From the NCBI GenBank assembly GCA_905178155.1, contig CAJINV010000012.1, positions 3,219,144 through 3,283,143 on the forward strand: 64,000 bases of DNA, written 5' to 3'. Position numbers and translations under genes: made by a program. This DNA comes from Amoebophrya sp. A120. Taxonomy: Eukaryota > Protista > Dinoflagellata. The notes beneath the pieces are model-generated. The model saw only the letters and a program-made list of their open reading frames with translations. It was not told where the DNA came from and did not search any database. The first letter of the stretch is position 1, and the number at the start of each line of letters is the position of its first letter. This document shows, one piece after another, positions 1 to 11,596 of this stretch.

Positions 1-3000
1 GACTACTTCCTGCACATTGTGTACAAAACGGGGTTCGCGGACTACCGGAAACAATTCCTAAACCTCCCGAACACGACCGCCGAGACCACAAGAACTGGGA
101 TTGATGTTCCAGCGTTTTCTACTGTGAAGAACAAGACGAAAAGCTTCACCCTGCCTCTCCACGGTATCCTGAGCAAAAACGTCTCCACACCAGAGTCAAG
201 ATGGGCAATCTGCTAGAGAAATCAACCAGCCTTGGTTGTTTGGCATGACAAGTTTGTCTTCGTAGTGTAGTTCTGTTTAGCTAGTTCAGAAGCATCATAG
301 ATCTAGCATAGCGCGCTGATTCTAGCGTCGCAAATTCCAAAACACCAATAGAAAGCGCTTCTCATAGGGCTCCGCATGAGAAACTTTTTTGGCATGCAGG
401 AGAATTGCGTGACAACTCTGGGGAGGGGATGTTTTTACACGGGATACACGGAGTTGAAGAGTTGCCCTGGTTCTCGCGCCACTTCACGCTCTGGGAGTGT
501 ATCTTTGCCATGCTGAATCACACGACCTCCGGGGAACAAGAAGGAGATCTACGTCATCAAGAGCAGGGGATGCAAAGTCAAAGTCGTGTTTCCGTTTCGA
601 AACGGATTGTAGTCATGGAAGAAGAAGAAGACGCGTGTTACGAACTTGACTTTGTTTTGCCTTTCCACGGTCGTCCGACAGCGTTGTCGTTTCGGCGGCA
701 CCAACGAGCAGGAGGGGGAAGAACTGCGGGACCCCTTTCAGAAGACGCAACCCCGATCAGTCGTGAGAAAAATGCAAACCATGAGCACAAGTTCGGAACG
801 GCCCGTCGGTGCTGTAAACCAAGGGCAAAAGGAGGCGAAGGTTCTACTAGTCGTGGTGTACTATTTTCCGCTACTGCCCACACAGAAGCCGGTTCATTTC
901 CGAATTGGTACCCGGTGCTGCGGCCGTGTTCTGGGAGCACCGTAGCGGCGGTTGGGACAGTGCAGGCCATCGTTGATCGGTGGAAGGAAAGTTACAGCAG
1001 GATGGAACAACGCATGGCATTTTCAACTACATCAACTGCACAACAAAAAAATGACCCGCATCATCAAGATCAACTTCCTGTCCCCACACAAAAACTACGA
1101 GAACATCAAACACAAACAACAAAGTCAGGAGGACTTTTCTGGACGTTCGCGAATAAGAATGAGTCCTCGACTACTACTTCTTTCAATAAGGTGGACCAGC
1201 GAATGATGATACAACCTGCTCTACTCCCGCATGATTCCGGGTCAAGATTTTCACGAGGAACAACGAACATCAGCAACAAGGGGAATATTAAAAGTGGCTT
1301 GATGTCTACCACTAGAAGTACAACGACCATCAAGCAGCTCAAAATGACGCAGCTCCTCCTGCCCATCCTGAGTCCCGGTGTCATCCTGCTAGCCGTCGCT
1401 AGCCTCCTGTTCTGGCCGGTGTGGGTGGTGAAAAAGTGGTGCCCTGCAACTTCATCTACAACATTCGGTAGTACAGTCGCCGCCTGGGACAGCACCAGCT
1501 ATAATTTGGCGGGTCTGAGCAACTATGCTGGGCGAGAAGACGAGGCGATTCTGCAGCAGATGAACCAGAAGCCGCTTGTTTCAACTTCGCAAGCGGACGC
1601 GGACGACATTGCCAGCTCCGTCGCTTTGGAGATCGAAATGGACGAGAGTAGATCCTTTTTACATCATTCGGAGGGAAGGTGGAGTAGTGTCAGAGACGAG
1701 CATAAAGTTGTAGATCCTCTCCGTCCTGACGCCGCTCGCACCACAGCAGCTTCCGGTAGTAGTTTCAACGCTGATGCAACGCTGAAGCTCCAGAGCGACA
1801 AAGCGCCCCGGAAGATACCACAGCCGGCGGGGGGCGGTGGTACTAGCAAGGACCAGCATGATGCACCAGCAGCTACTCCTGCTAGTACGTCGTGGGAGGA
1901 CAACAAAACTCGAAGAATCATCTCGTCCACGGGCGGAGCTACTCGGGTACTACGACCCAGCACGGGTCGGCAGCGTTCTGGTTCGTCTACTGTGCCTGCG
2001 AGTGTGCTGGAGAAGAAAGTGGACGTTCAAGAAACACGCCTCTCCGGTATTAATGCGGCTTCTGGCGTTCTTGTTGGTGACCACCACGATATCAACAAGT
2101 TCGTGGCAGGAAAAAAAACTGTGCAAAATCTACTTCCACTTACCACAGGTGGAGTAGAAGCGCCAGCAGTGTCTGGTGGTGATGAAATAACTGAGAAAGG
2201 TGACGGAACTACGGAACAAGGAGCTCTTAGTAGAGACACCGAGCCACAGCAGAAACAGGCGGAGGAAGGACAAAAAGCAGAGGAGAAAGTAGATGATTTA
2301 CAAAGACTGGACGAGGACGACGAGTTGCAGTTGGAGGACCCAGCTGCTTCTTCTACTTCGGGTTCTTCCGACGCGAAGAACCAGAACCTCATCTCAGACC
2401 CAGGAACTACTACAACAACTGACGTCGAGGCAGAAGTACTATTTGCGGACTGGCATATCGCGAATTTCTCCTACCACGTCATGTGTCTGTTTTGGCGGTT
2501 TGCCGCGATTTATCAAATGCAAAAATGTCTGGGTCTGGAAGAGTGTAAACTTGTCATGCAGGTTTTCCATGACCCATGCGGTCTGGAATGCGGGACCTAG
2601 CATGAAAGACTCTGCCGGGTCTCTGTCATGCCTATCCTGCATGAGAAACTCCCTCCCAACTTGGTCGAAAGTGGAGAGCTTTTGGCAATCATGCAATACA
2701 GATTTTTGCATGATTCGGATTTAGCATCACAAGTTGCATTCTTCCAGACCCAGACATTTTTGCATTTGATACGATTGTGTACCTGGTTGCGCAGTTCTGC
2801 GTTGTCAGATCCACGGTTGGTTGCACCGCCAGAACAAGGCACCACGACCAGAATCCAGCATCCACCCGACGACCAGATCAACAACATGACGGCTCCTTCC
2901 TGCTGGGAGGACTGATCTCGCGAGCGCGGGTGCAGTTTCTGATTGACTACTACATTTTCGTGTTCGGGGGCATCTACCTGATCGCCGGCTTTGTGTGTCT

Positions 3001-5106
3001 CCCGGTGCTCCTGGGCGCCTTTGCCAAAGCGGCTGGCGGCGCCGACGTCGGGGCCATGGTGCTGTGCAAGATCATGTGCAGGAAGAGAAAGAGCATGATG
3101 AATGGTCCTTGTACTACACCAGGGAACTACCTTCCTCATGTGGGCGGCGAAATGCATTCTCCACCTAAACAAGCACTTTCAGGAGCGCAAGAACCTCGTC
3201 GGCTGGGAACTACCGACGAAAATTTTCCTACAGCAGCGCCTCCTGCTAGTACTCACGATGGTGATACTAGTTGCGCTCCTGGACCACACCTGCCACTGCA
3301 GACAGATACCGAAGCTGACGATGTTGAGACGCTGCCTTTACTGGGGTCGTGCGAGCAGAGCGGCACATCCTCGGGGAATTTGTCGCACCGCGAAAGGACG
3401 AAAAGTGAAACGAGAGACGTAGAAGATGCTCAGCGCCGTTGTACCGGAATATTAAAAGAGGGAGTCGATAATTCCACCCGTCCCGCAATATTAACATCTG
3501 CTTCTCCACCTTCAGTCGCATCTTTTCCTTCTTCCGCCGAAAGTAACTTGAGAAAGACCGTCTGTGTGTGGGCGTTGATCCTGTATTTCGGCTGGATCCT
3601 TGCGGTGCTTCACGTGGCGGTGCCCACCCTGGTCGGTTTCCTCACTCCTTTTCTCGGGCTCGCGGTACTGGCGGGACTCGTTTTGTCCTCGAGCAGCTCC
3701 TATCAAGTGCAAAAGTGTCTGGGTCTGGAAGATTCTAAACTTGTGATGCTGGCTCTGGGTTCTAAAAAAGTTTGCATTGCATGACCAGCAACAGGACTCC
3801 AGTTTGTGCTACGCGGAGCGGGCATTTCTCATGCGGTAGAGGCATCACAAAGGCCTCTCAAAATCTGTCGTGCTAACCATGCATCACAGACATCATGAGT
3901 CATTCAAAATATGCATGACTTCCAGACCCAGACATTTTTGAATTTAATAGCTCCTTTGTCAATGGAACGATAGTTGATGTACCCGCTGAGACGACGACAA
4001 TGTCGCTGCCGCTCCTAGAAAGGAACAACAACAACATCAAGGCGACCAGCCCGGGCGAGCTGGGTAGACTTCATTCGAGAAAAATAAACAAGCTCTACAA
4101 TAATTCGTCGAGCAAAATGAATCCATCGTCGAGCAGCTGCAACAACTACTTTTTCTATTGGCACGTCCTCGCCGGGGGGCTCTTTCTGATCGCGTTTACC
4201 TACGACACTGCGACGCGTTTCTTTCTCGGAGTCGCGTACTTGTCCACCGTCGTGCTCATTTTCACGCAAACTTCTCGGTCCGTGTTTCGCGTCTTGGTCG
4301 CGAATTACCGGTTCCTTCTGTCCACCTCCGACTCCGACAAAGACGGGTCGTTTCTATCTTCAGAAAAAAGTTCTTTTACAGTGTACACACTCTTCTTATG
4401 CATAGACAAGGAAGGGAAGACAAAAAACCTCTGCGATGCTTGCCAGCCTCATTTCATGCGTCTGGTCGTTCTTTATAATTTCCGCAGTAGTTTTTATTTT
4501 CTTCGCCATGCGAAACAGGTTTGTCACCGTAAAAACACCTTTCTGATTGCATACTTCTCCCCGGCGTCGTCGTCCCACTACAACTCGCCCGGCCGCGGCG
4601 ACGAGCAGCCTGCTCAACATCTCGGTCCAAGCATCCCACACGACCAGCCCCAAGCGCACCACACGACAAACTCCGCGGCGCTGCTGACCGTCATTGTGGA
4701 GCTGTTCTGGATGATCGCGTTTCTGCTGCAGATTGCCGTGGTGCGCCCCCACGTACTGGGCCTCTACGCAGGTTCTGTTTTCGGACAGACGGCGGGGCTT
4801 TTTACCTCGTCGCCCGGGGTGGGTGGGGCCGGGACGGTGGAAGCCTCGGCTTATCTCTCAGGTGGATCAGGAGGAGCAACACCAACAGAACAACTCGCGT
4901 CGGCTTCTGCTACTTCCAACGTCGTTGTCAACCCTTCGGCCGAGTGGTTTTCGCTGTCCATGCTGGCCCTGTTCTTTTTTGCACAAGCGGTGGCGAGACT
5001 GGTGGTGTCGGAAGCGGTAACTTACCAGGAGCGGAGGACTACTACGTCGGGCGACTTACACGGTGTTGGAGCAACGTCGGTGAAGAGGACGGAGTTGGTG
5101 ATGTAG
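1..5106 (+). CDS. Multi-pass membrane protein, 5'-partial, unknown function; 4 introner introns
   Basis: ORFs 19-216, 405-2600, 2777-3784 and 4000-5106 join in frame after removing each element plus 5 nt (LPLHG|VEELP; FAAI|VYLVAQ; SSSS|FVNG). Many hydrophobic helices in the C-terminal half. Confidence 0.7.
165..446. mobile_element. TIR introner (family B)
   Basis: TATCCTGAGCAAAAACGTC...GATGTTTTTACACGGGATA; DR CACGG; frame restored. Confidence 0.9.
2511..2771. mobile_element. TIR introner (family A)
   Basis: Perfect ~31-bp TIR TATCAAATGCAAAAATGTCTGGGTCTGGAAG; DR CGATT; frame restored. Confidence 0.95.
3701..3949. mobile_element. TIR introner (family A)
   Basis: Family A TIR; DR GCTCC; frame restored. 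Confidence 0.92.
4355..4553. mobile_element. Degenerate TIR introner, stop-free and in frame
   Basis: TATCTTCAGAAA...TTTCTGATTGCATA; imperfect DR GTTTC/CTTCT; 199+5 nt is a multiple of 3; AT-rich. Confidence 0.55.
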
Positions 5107-6386
5107 AAGCATGTTGGGGAGTGAATATTTTTCCCACCGATCCTTTGTTTGGAACTGTCACCGTGTATAATCAGAGCATTTACGAAGTATATCTGTACTG
5201 CGAATACTAGAGAGACAATAGTTGTATTATTGGAAAAGAATTATTTTCAATTTCAGATTCAGAGCGACAATGGTTGTAAGTACAAATGAAAATGAACCAT
5301 GTATGATAGCAGCTTATTGACGCCCTTCACCTTCTTCCTGTCACACTGAAAAACTAGGATGAGCACTACTGCTTCGGCTCGTTCTGTGTTGTCATTCATC
5401 CAGCTGAAGAAAATGTCCGACGAATGAGAGTACAAATTATGTCCCAGCCGACAGTGGAGTATCTAATAAAACTAAAACCGAGACAGTGTCGTACAACTGA
5501 GGATTTTGTTGAAAGTGTGAACCTGATATAATCTCATTTTACTCGAAGTCGAAGCACAGAGCAACATCCGGTGCGGCAGCTGATTTAGTAGCCCGCGCGG
5601 GCGATAGACATCAGCTTCGTTTTTGTTTTCGAATAGGAAATAGTACATGCCAAAGCGCACTTAATTCCAACAGAAGATCTTCGTGGACACGCAGGTAGAA
5701 GTAAGTTCGGTCGGTGCAGCATCTCAGTACAAGAACCTATAACATTTTACTTACTTGCTTGGTCTTCCTCTCCTGCTCTGTGGGTGAGGTGCCCTTCATC
5801 GTGGAAATATCGTGGCACAAATTCGTACTTGTTGTTATAGTTTGTGTGCACACAGAACCCAAACGTCAAAGAAAATCACTTTGCGCTCATGCTGAGCATA
5901 CTACAAGCTGAAGACAGTAACAATTTCGACGGGAAGTATATCATTGCACCTGTCTACTCAACAGGAGCGAACTTTTACTAGTCTCGTAAGTTGTTAGTAC
6001 AGCTAGGAAGCTCCTTTTTCCGCCAATTCGTGACCATCCTTTTCGTGAAGGGGCTGTCCCGCTACTCTCGTCTCACAGCTACAATTCAACTTCGTTGGCG
6101 TTCTCCCATCAATTTCGTAAAAACAAGAATAGAAGTGGAAGGCTATTTCTTATGCTCGTCCATACTTACATCACAGTAGCTGATGAATCTTCTTCATCTT
6201 TGGTCTTCTCCAGACAATCAATCTGCAGGACACTTTGGTTTTTTTTTTCGAGGTTCGAAAACAAGAGCCATTAGGACGTCGAAGCTCCTGCTATCAGCTA
6301 ACTACTACACGACAAAGCACACTTCTTCGCTCGTAGCTCTGCTTCGTCTGTTTAGAAAACTTTTGAAAAGTAGTCGGCAAATCAGA

Positions 6387-9300
6387 ATGAAGACGATCGC
6401 CGCAATTTCGGTTCTCGCGATCGCGGGACAAGCGGCCCGCCAGGTGCACCTCCACGAGGACGCGGACGCGGCCAAGTCTTTCTTGCTGGTGGACAAAGCC
6501 GCACCACGGGCGACCAGGATTCCGGCTCCAAGGGTCGTGGGCGGGAATGCGCGTTGCAAAGGCTACACCCCGGACTGCGAAGAAGCATTTCCGTTAAACG
6601 CGGACTGGAAAGCGAACTGCGACGCGGCGTGCGGCGGTACTACCAGTACAACACCAGCGGCTAGTACCAACATTGCCGAAGCCGGGCCCCCCGCACAGGC
6701 GGCGGCCGAACCGGTGTTCACACCTTGCAAGGGGAGCACCTCCGAAGTGGACGGCAGGATCTTGTACCCCGATTGTCCCCACGCTTTTCCCCGGAATCTT
6801 TGGTGGGAGGCTAGCTGCTTTTTCTCCTGCAAAACACCTTGCAGTGTCGAAATCGAGAATTGTGATTCAGATACAGCTTTTCCTTATGATGCCGACTGGA
6901 AGCCAATGTGCGAAGCGGTGTGCGCGGACGAGTCAGGATGGACAGTTCCGCGTGAACCGTGCTCCGCTGCCTTTCCCGACGTGTTTCCCGGCTGCGACGC
7001 AGAGGTTCGCTCCTACCAGAAAAGTTGGTGGAAGAAGAATCACTGCAGTCGAAAATGCGACGTGCTTATGCATTGCAAAAGTGTCATCTGGGTCTGGAAG
7101 GTTGCAACTTGTCATGCTACTTCTGGATCGTGCAAAAATCTGTGTTGCATGAATGCCAAAAGCTCTCCACTTTTGACCCAGTTGAGAGGAAGTTTCTCAT
7201 GCAGGAAAGGCATGATACGGAAACGGATCATACCCACAGAATCTGTCATGCTAGGTCCTGCATTCCAGACGACATGGATCATGGAAAATCTGCATGACAA
7301 GCATGGGAATCCTCCAGACCCAGACATTTTTGCATCTGATAGTGCTGGTGGAAGCAGCCCACGGCGGAAGTGTCCTTTGCTCCAACGTTTCCCGGGTGTT
7401 GTTTCCAGGGTGTAACGCCAAAGTTTCTTCGCGGAAGCCGCCGTGGTGGAAAGCGAGGCACTGCGGTGACTATTGCCGCGTCATGCACGACGAATCCGGT
7501 GGACAGCTCGATTCCTGTGCCGCTGTCTTTCCCGACTTGTATGAGGGATGCGACGAGAGAGTGTCTCGCGATATACCGTTGGAGCGCCAGCAGAAACAGT
7601 GCAGTGAAAATTGCGGAATCATGCTGCATGCTGCAGATCATGCGACCACCCATCACGACTTTAGAGTGCAACATCGCCGGGACGAGGCCGACATACGGGA
7701 TTATTGGTGCTCCTGGTATCCTGGCGCCATGTTTGCTGGATGTAAGGACGAGAAAGTTCCGGCTGGAATGTCGCTCGGTGCGACGAGGGAAGCGTGCCTG
7801 GACCTCTGTCCGTATTGCAACCACGTCATACCCTGGTCAGAGGACTCGTTCCTTGTTCATCGCAATTGGGGGTGTCAGGCCACAGTCCCTGCCGACTCGA
7901 AAAACCAACTCGAGGTCTGCAAGGCAGCATGCGAGGAGCAGCAGGTAGAATCGAATTCTTTGCTCCTCAGGGAGGGCGAGGGGCAACGTGAATATCACCC
8001 CGACCCCGAGCGGGAGCTGGCGAATGTGGGCGGACGCGTGGGGTGCAACGCATTGGAGGTGGATTGGACGTGTGACGAAACAGTTTCTGCAGGAATGTCG
8101 TTTGAGGAAACGAAGTCACAGTGCAGGGCACTGTGTGCCGGAAACCACGCGGAATCTTTCTTGCTGGTGGACAAAGCCGCACGGGCGACCAGGATTCCGG
8201 CGCCACGGGTCGTGGGCGGGAATGCCGGCGACGTTGGTACGACATCTAGTACCATATGTATCGCAATTATGTCTGTGTCTGGAGGAGTGCGAATGCCGAT
8301 GTTAATGTTTAGTCTATTGTTTGTGCACGATACAGAAACAGAAGGTCTAGCAAGCAGGCCATCACAAGTTTTGAAACCTTTTGTTCGGTAACAAGAACGT
8401 ATTGTCCATGAAATGCGCAGCACGAGTTTGCATCTCTCTCTAGATCCACCTGAAAAATTTGCAATGCATACAATGCCATTGCCAAAGCCTTATCAAAACT
8501 TGTGATGCTTCTACAGCTCGTGTTCGCATATTTATTCCCAGGTAGCGTTCTGGGTCATGCTAGACCTCCTGCATGACAAGCCTTGGAATGTTCCACAGAA
8601 CCCAGACACCTTTGCACTTGATAGGCTGCCGCCGAGCCGCCGATTATGGGTGGACGGGATGCGCAGTGCTCGGCTGTGGATTCGTTCATGTTTCCAGGAT
8701 GTGACGCGCAAGTTTCCGCGGGAATGTCGCCCAGTGCAACGAAGAACGCGTGCGTTGCGCGCTGCCCGAAGTGCGTCGACGTTGTCACGGATGAAGAATT
8801 CCAGGGCTATCGTGAATTCGGTTGCTGGGTCACTGTCTCTGCCGACGTACAAAATCCGCTAGAGCATTGCATGGCTGAATGCGCAGAACAGCAGAAATTC
8901 GCAGGTGCTTTACTGGGTCCAGATGAATCCAGCCAACAAGGTGTCCACCACACTTTATGCATTGCAAATAAGTACTATGTCTGGGTCTGTAGGACGGGAC
9001 TGAGTTTGTGATGCCAAGTTTTCGAGGCACGGAGTTCTGTATTGCATGAGAAGCAAAAGGACCCACATTTGGCAACGCAAAGACGATATATCTCATCCAG
9101 GATAGGCATTTTTACGGAGCCTTATCAAAACTTGTGATGCTTCTACAGCTTGCATACCGATACTAGGGGGCGTCCTGGGTCATGCTAGACCTCCTGCATG
9201 ACAAGCCTTGGAATGTTCCACAGAACCCAGACACCTTTGCACTTGATAGGCTGCCGCCGAGCCGCCGATTATGGGTGGACGGGATGCGCAGTGCTCGGCT

Positions 9301-10141
9301 CTGGATTCGTTCATGTTTCCAGGATGTGACGCGCAAGTTTCCGCGGGAATGTCGCCCAGTGCAACGAAGAACGCGTGCGTTGCGCGCTGCCCGAAGTGCG
9401 TCGACGTTGTCACGGATGAAGAATTCCAGGGCTATCGTGAATTCGGTTGCTGGGTCACTGTCTCTGCCGACGTACAAAATCCGCTAGAGCATTGCATGGC
9501 TGAATGCGCAGAACAGCAGAAATTCGCAGGTGCTTTACTGGGTCCAGATGAATCCAGCCAACAAGGTGTCCACCACACTTTATGCATTGCAAATAAGTAC
9601 TATGTCTGGGTCTGTAGGACGGGACTGAGTTTGTGATGCCAAGTTTTCGAGGCACGGAGTTCTGTATTGCATGAGAAGCAAAAGGACCCACATTTGGCAA
9701 CGCAAAGACGATATATCTCATCCAGGATAGGCATTTTTACGGAGCCTTATCAAAACTTGTGATGCTTCTACAGCTTGCATACCGATACTAGGGGGCGTCC
9801 TGGGTCATGCTAGACCTCCTGCATGACAAGCCTTGGAATGTTCCACAGAACCCAGACACCTTTGCACTTGATAGGCTGCCGCCGAGCCGCCGATTATGGG
9901 TGGACGGGATGCGCAGTGCTCGGCTGTGGATTCGTTCATGTTTCCAGGATGTGACGCGCAAGTTTCCGCGGGAATGTCGCCCAGTGAAACGAAGAACGCG
10001 TGCGCTGCGCGCTGCCTGAAGTGCGTCGACGTTGTCACGGATGAAGAATTCCAGGTCTATCGTGCATTGCATTGCCGGGCCACTTATGCCAAGAAAAATG
10101 CATTTACACTTAATACACAAGCAAGACAGCGGCCAATATGA
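6387..10141 (+). CDS. Secreted cysteine-rich repeat protein
   Basis: Signal peptide MKTIAAISVLAIAGQA; repeated C..FPGCD..V....C...C modules; SFLLVDKA..ATRIPAPRVVGGNA occurs twice. Exons join across introners; 3' end uncertain. Confidence 0.7.
7067..7341. mobile_element. TIR introner (family A)
   Basis: DR GTGCT; frame restored (CDVL|VEAAH). Confidence 0.92.
8255..8470. mobile_element. Degenerate TIR introner (family A-like)
   Basis: TATGTATCGCAATT...AATTTGCAATGCATA; DR not conserved. Confidence 0.65.
8491..8623. mobile_element. Truncated introner (right half only)
   Basis: Matches the 3' half of 8956-9248; begins at an internal TATCAA. Confidence 0.6.
8956..9248. mobile_element. TIR introner (family A) with non-matching flanks
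   Basis: TIRs present; flanks CACTT/GGCTG; removing element+5 nt keeps frame. Confidence 0.85.
9581..9873. mobile_element. TIR introner, copy of 8956-9248
   Basis: Part of the 625-bp repeat. Confidence 0.85.
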
Positions 10142-11596
10142 TCTGTGGTCAGATGCCGGAAGAGGAAGATGTACACCAGATGCTTGCGAGCGCCGTTTCA
10201 TGCGTGCTTTCCCATGCGGTCTACTCCCTCTCCGTTGTATTGCAAGTTTTCTTTGTCATGGGGGGCAAGTTTGTGTTGGTGAAGGTGAAGTGACAGGTGA
10301 CGCGTGTTTTTAAGTGTAAACAGTTTTTTTATCCTTGGGATATCACTGTCTCTACCGACGCGTCAAACCCGCTGGCCCACTGCCTGGACGAATGCGCATT
10401 GACGAAAACGGCGGGTGCAACGGTGAGTGCTTTGCTGCGGTGAAAAAATCGGCAGTGCCGGCGGGCTTACCGCCACAGTGTGTGTTGCTGTTTCCAGCGA
10501 CAACTTTTTTTCGTTAAGTGCGCCCGTTTCATCTTCTACTGCAAGACGATAGAATGAAGAGATTTCCACCAAACACACATCATGGTTTGAATATTTGAAG
10601 TCCATCTTCTCAACGCCGTATTCAAGAGTTTCGTTTCACACATTTGATTTTGTTTTCTTTTACACATTTGGCTTTTTCTGACTGAACGCTTTTCCATTTT
10701 TTCTGAGCATAATTTTACAACGCATAAAGTTTTCCTTTCTGAGCAATAAATATCGCATTCGTTATCGGAGAAAAAATATCAAACATTTTTTACACTGCAT
10801 GTTTGGTTGAAGTTCGAGATTTTCACAACACCGCCTACCCTCCTGCAAGACGTCGAAGCGTCCTCGCTATCCTATCTCTCACTCTGTTCTACAACTCATC
10901 CGATTTTAGGCTTATCCATGGGGATCACGATCCAGTTCTACGACGTCTCAACACCGTGCGCATTAAAAAGGACTCCTGACGTGTCCTTTAGTTGTATCCT
11001 TGAGAAATAAATTCTGTTTCTCTTCTGATTAACAGATTTGCATACATGTTTTGTTGGTGTTTCATTTTGTGAAGGGGAAGAAAATAAACTGTATAGGAAC
11101 TACAACGAGAGCCGACGTTTGGCTTTCTGACGACGGCTGCGGCATGTGCAGCTGCAGTCTTGCTGTTCTGGCATATTACTAATGTCATCCGGAGGTACAA
11201 CCAGTACAACACGTCGTGCTAAGACCTAGCTGCACCAATCTCGTCCGACTCGGCCGTTGCTTGTCGTGCTGTAGTTGCGAAATAGATAAAGCCCAGTGAT
11301 CGACGGCGGAGAAGGTCTGCCTATAACCCGGTCAGGAGGTCCAGGTCCTGATGCTGTTGAGACCAGCTCGGTACTTGACTCCTGTTGAGAGCGAGGGCCA
11401 CGGATTTGTACTTCTTTATTCAGAGGCTCGGGACGAGAGACGAGTGTGGGCAAAGGAACACTGTGGTGGGGGAATTCATCACCAACAAAAAGTCTTCATG
11501 GAAGCGGCTTTTTGATACAGACGTGATCTGATCGGGATCGCAGCAGGGCGGCTGTATTTTACAGAAAGTAGCCTACTAGTACAATCTATACACCAA

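Larger units (their letters stand above)
8486..10064 (+). repeat. 625-bp tandem repeat (~2.5 copies) of exon plus introner
   Basis: Near-identical ORFs start at 8557/9182/9807 and 8646/9271/9896. Confidence 0.95.

Noticed and set aside
1-5106. GAA1/GPAA1 assignment for the first membrane protein
   Set aside because: The topology is loosely similar, but I could not identify diagnostic motifs.
8486-10064. CRISPR-like repeat-spacer array
   Set aside because: The units are 625-bp near-identical duplications in a eukaryotic gene, with no unique spacers and no cas genes.
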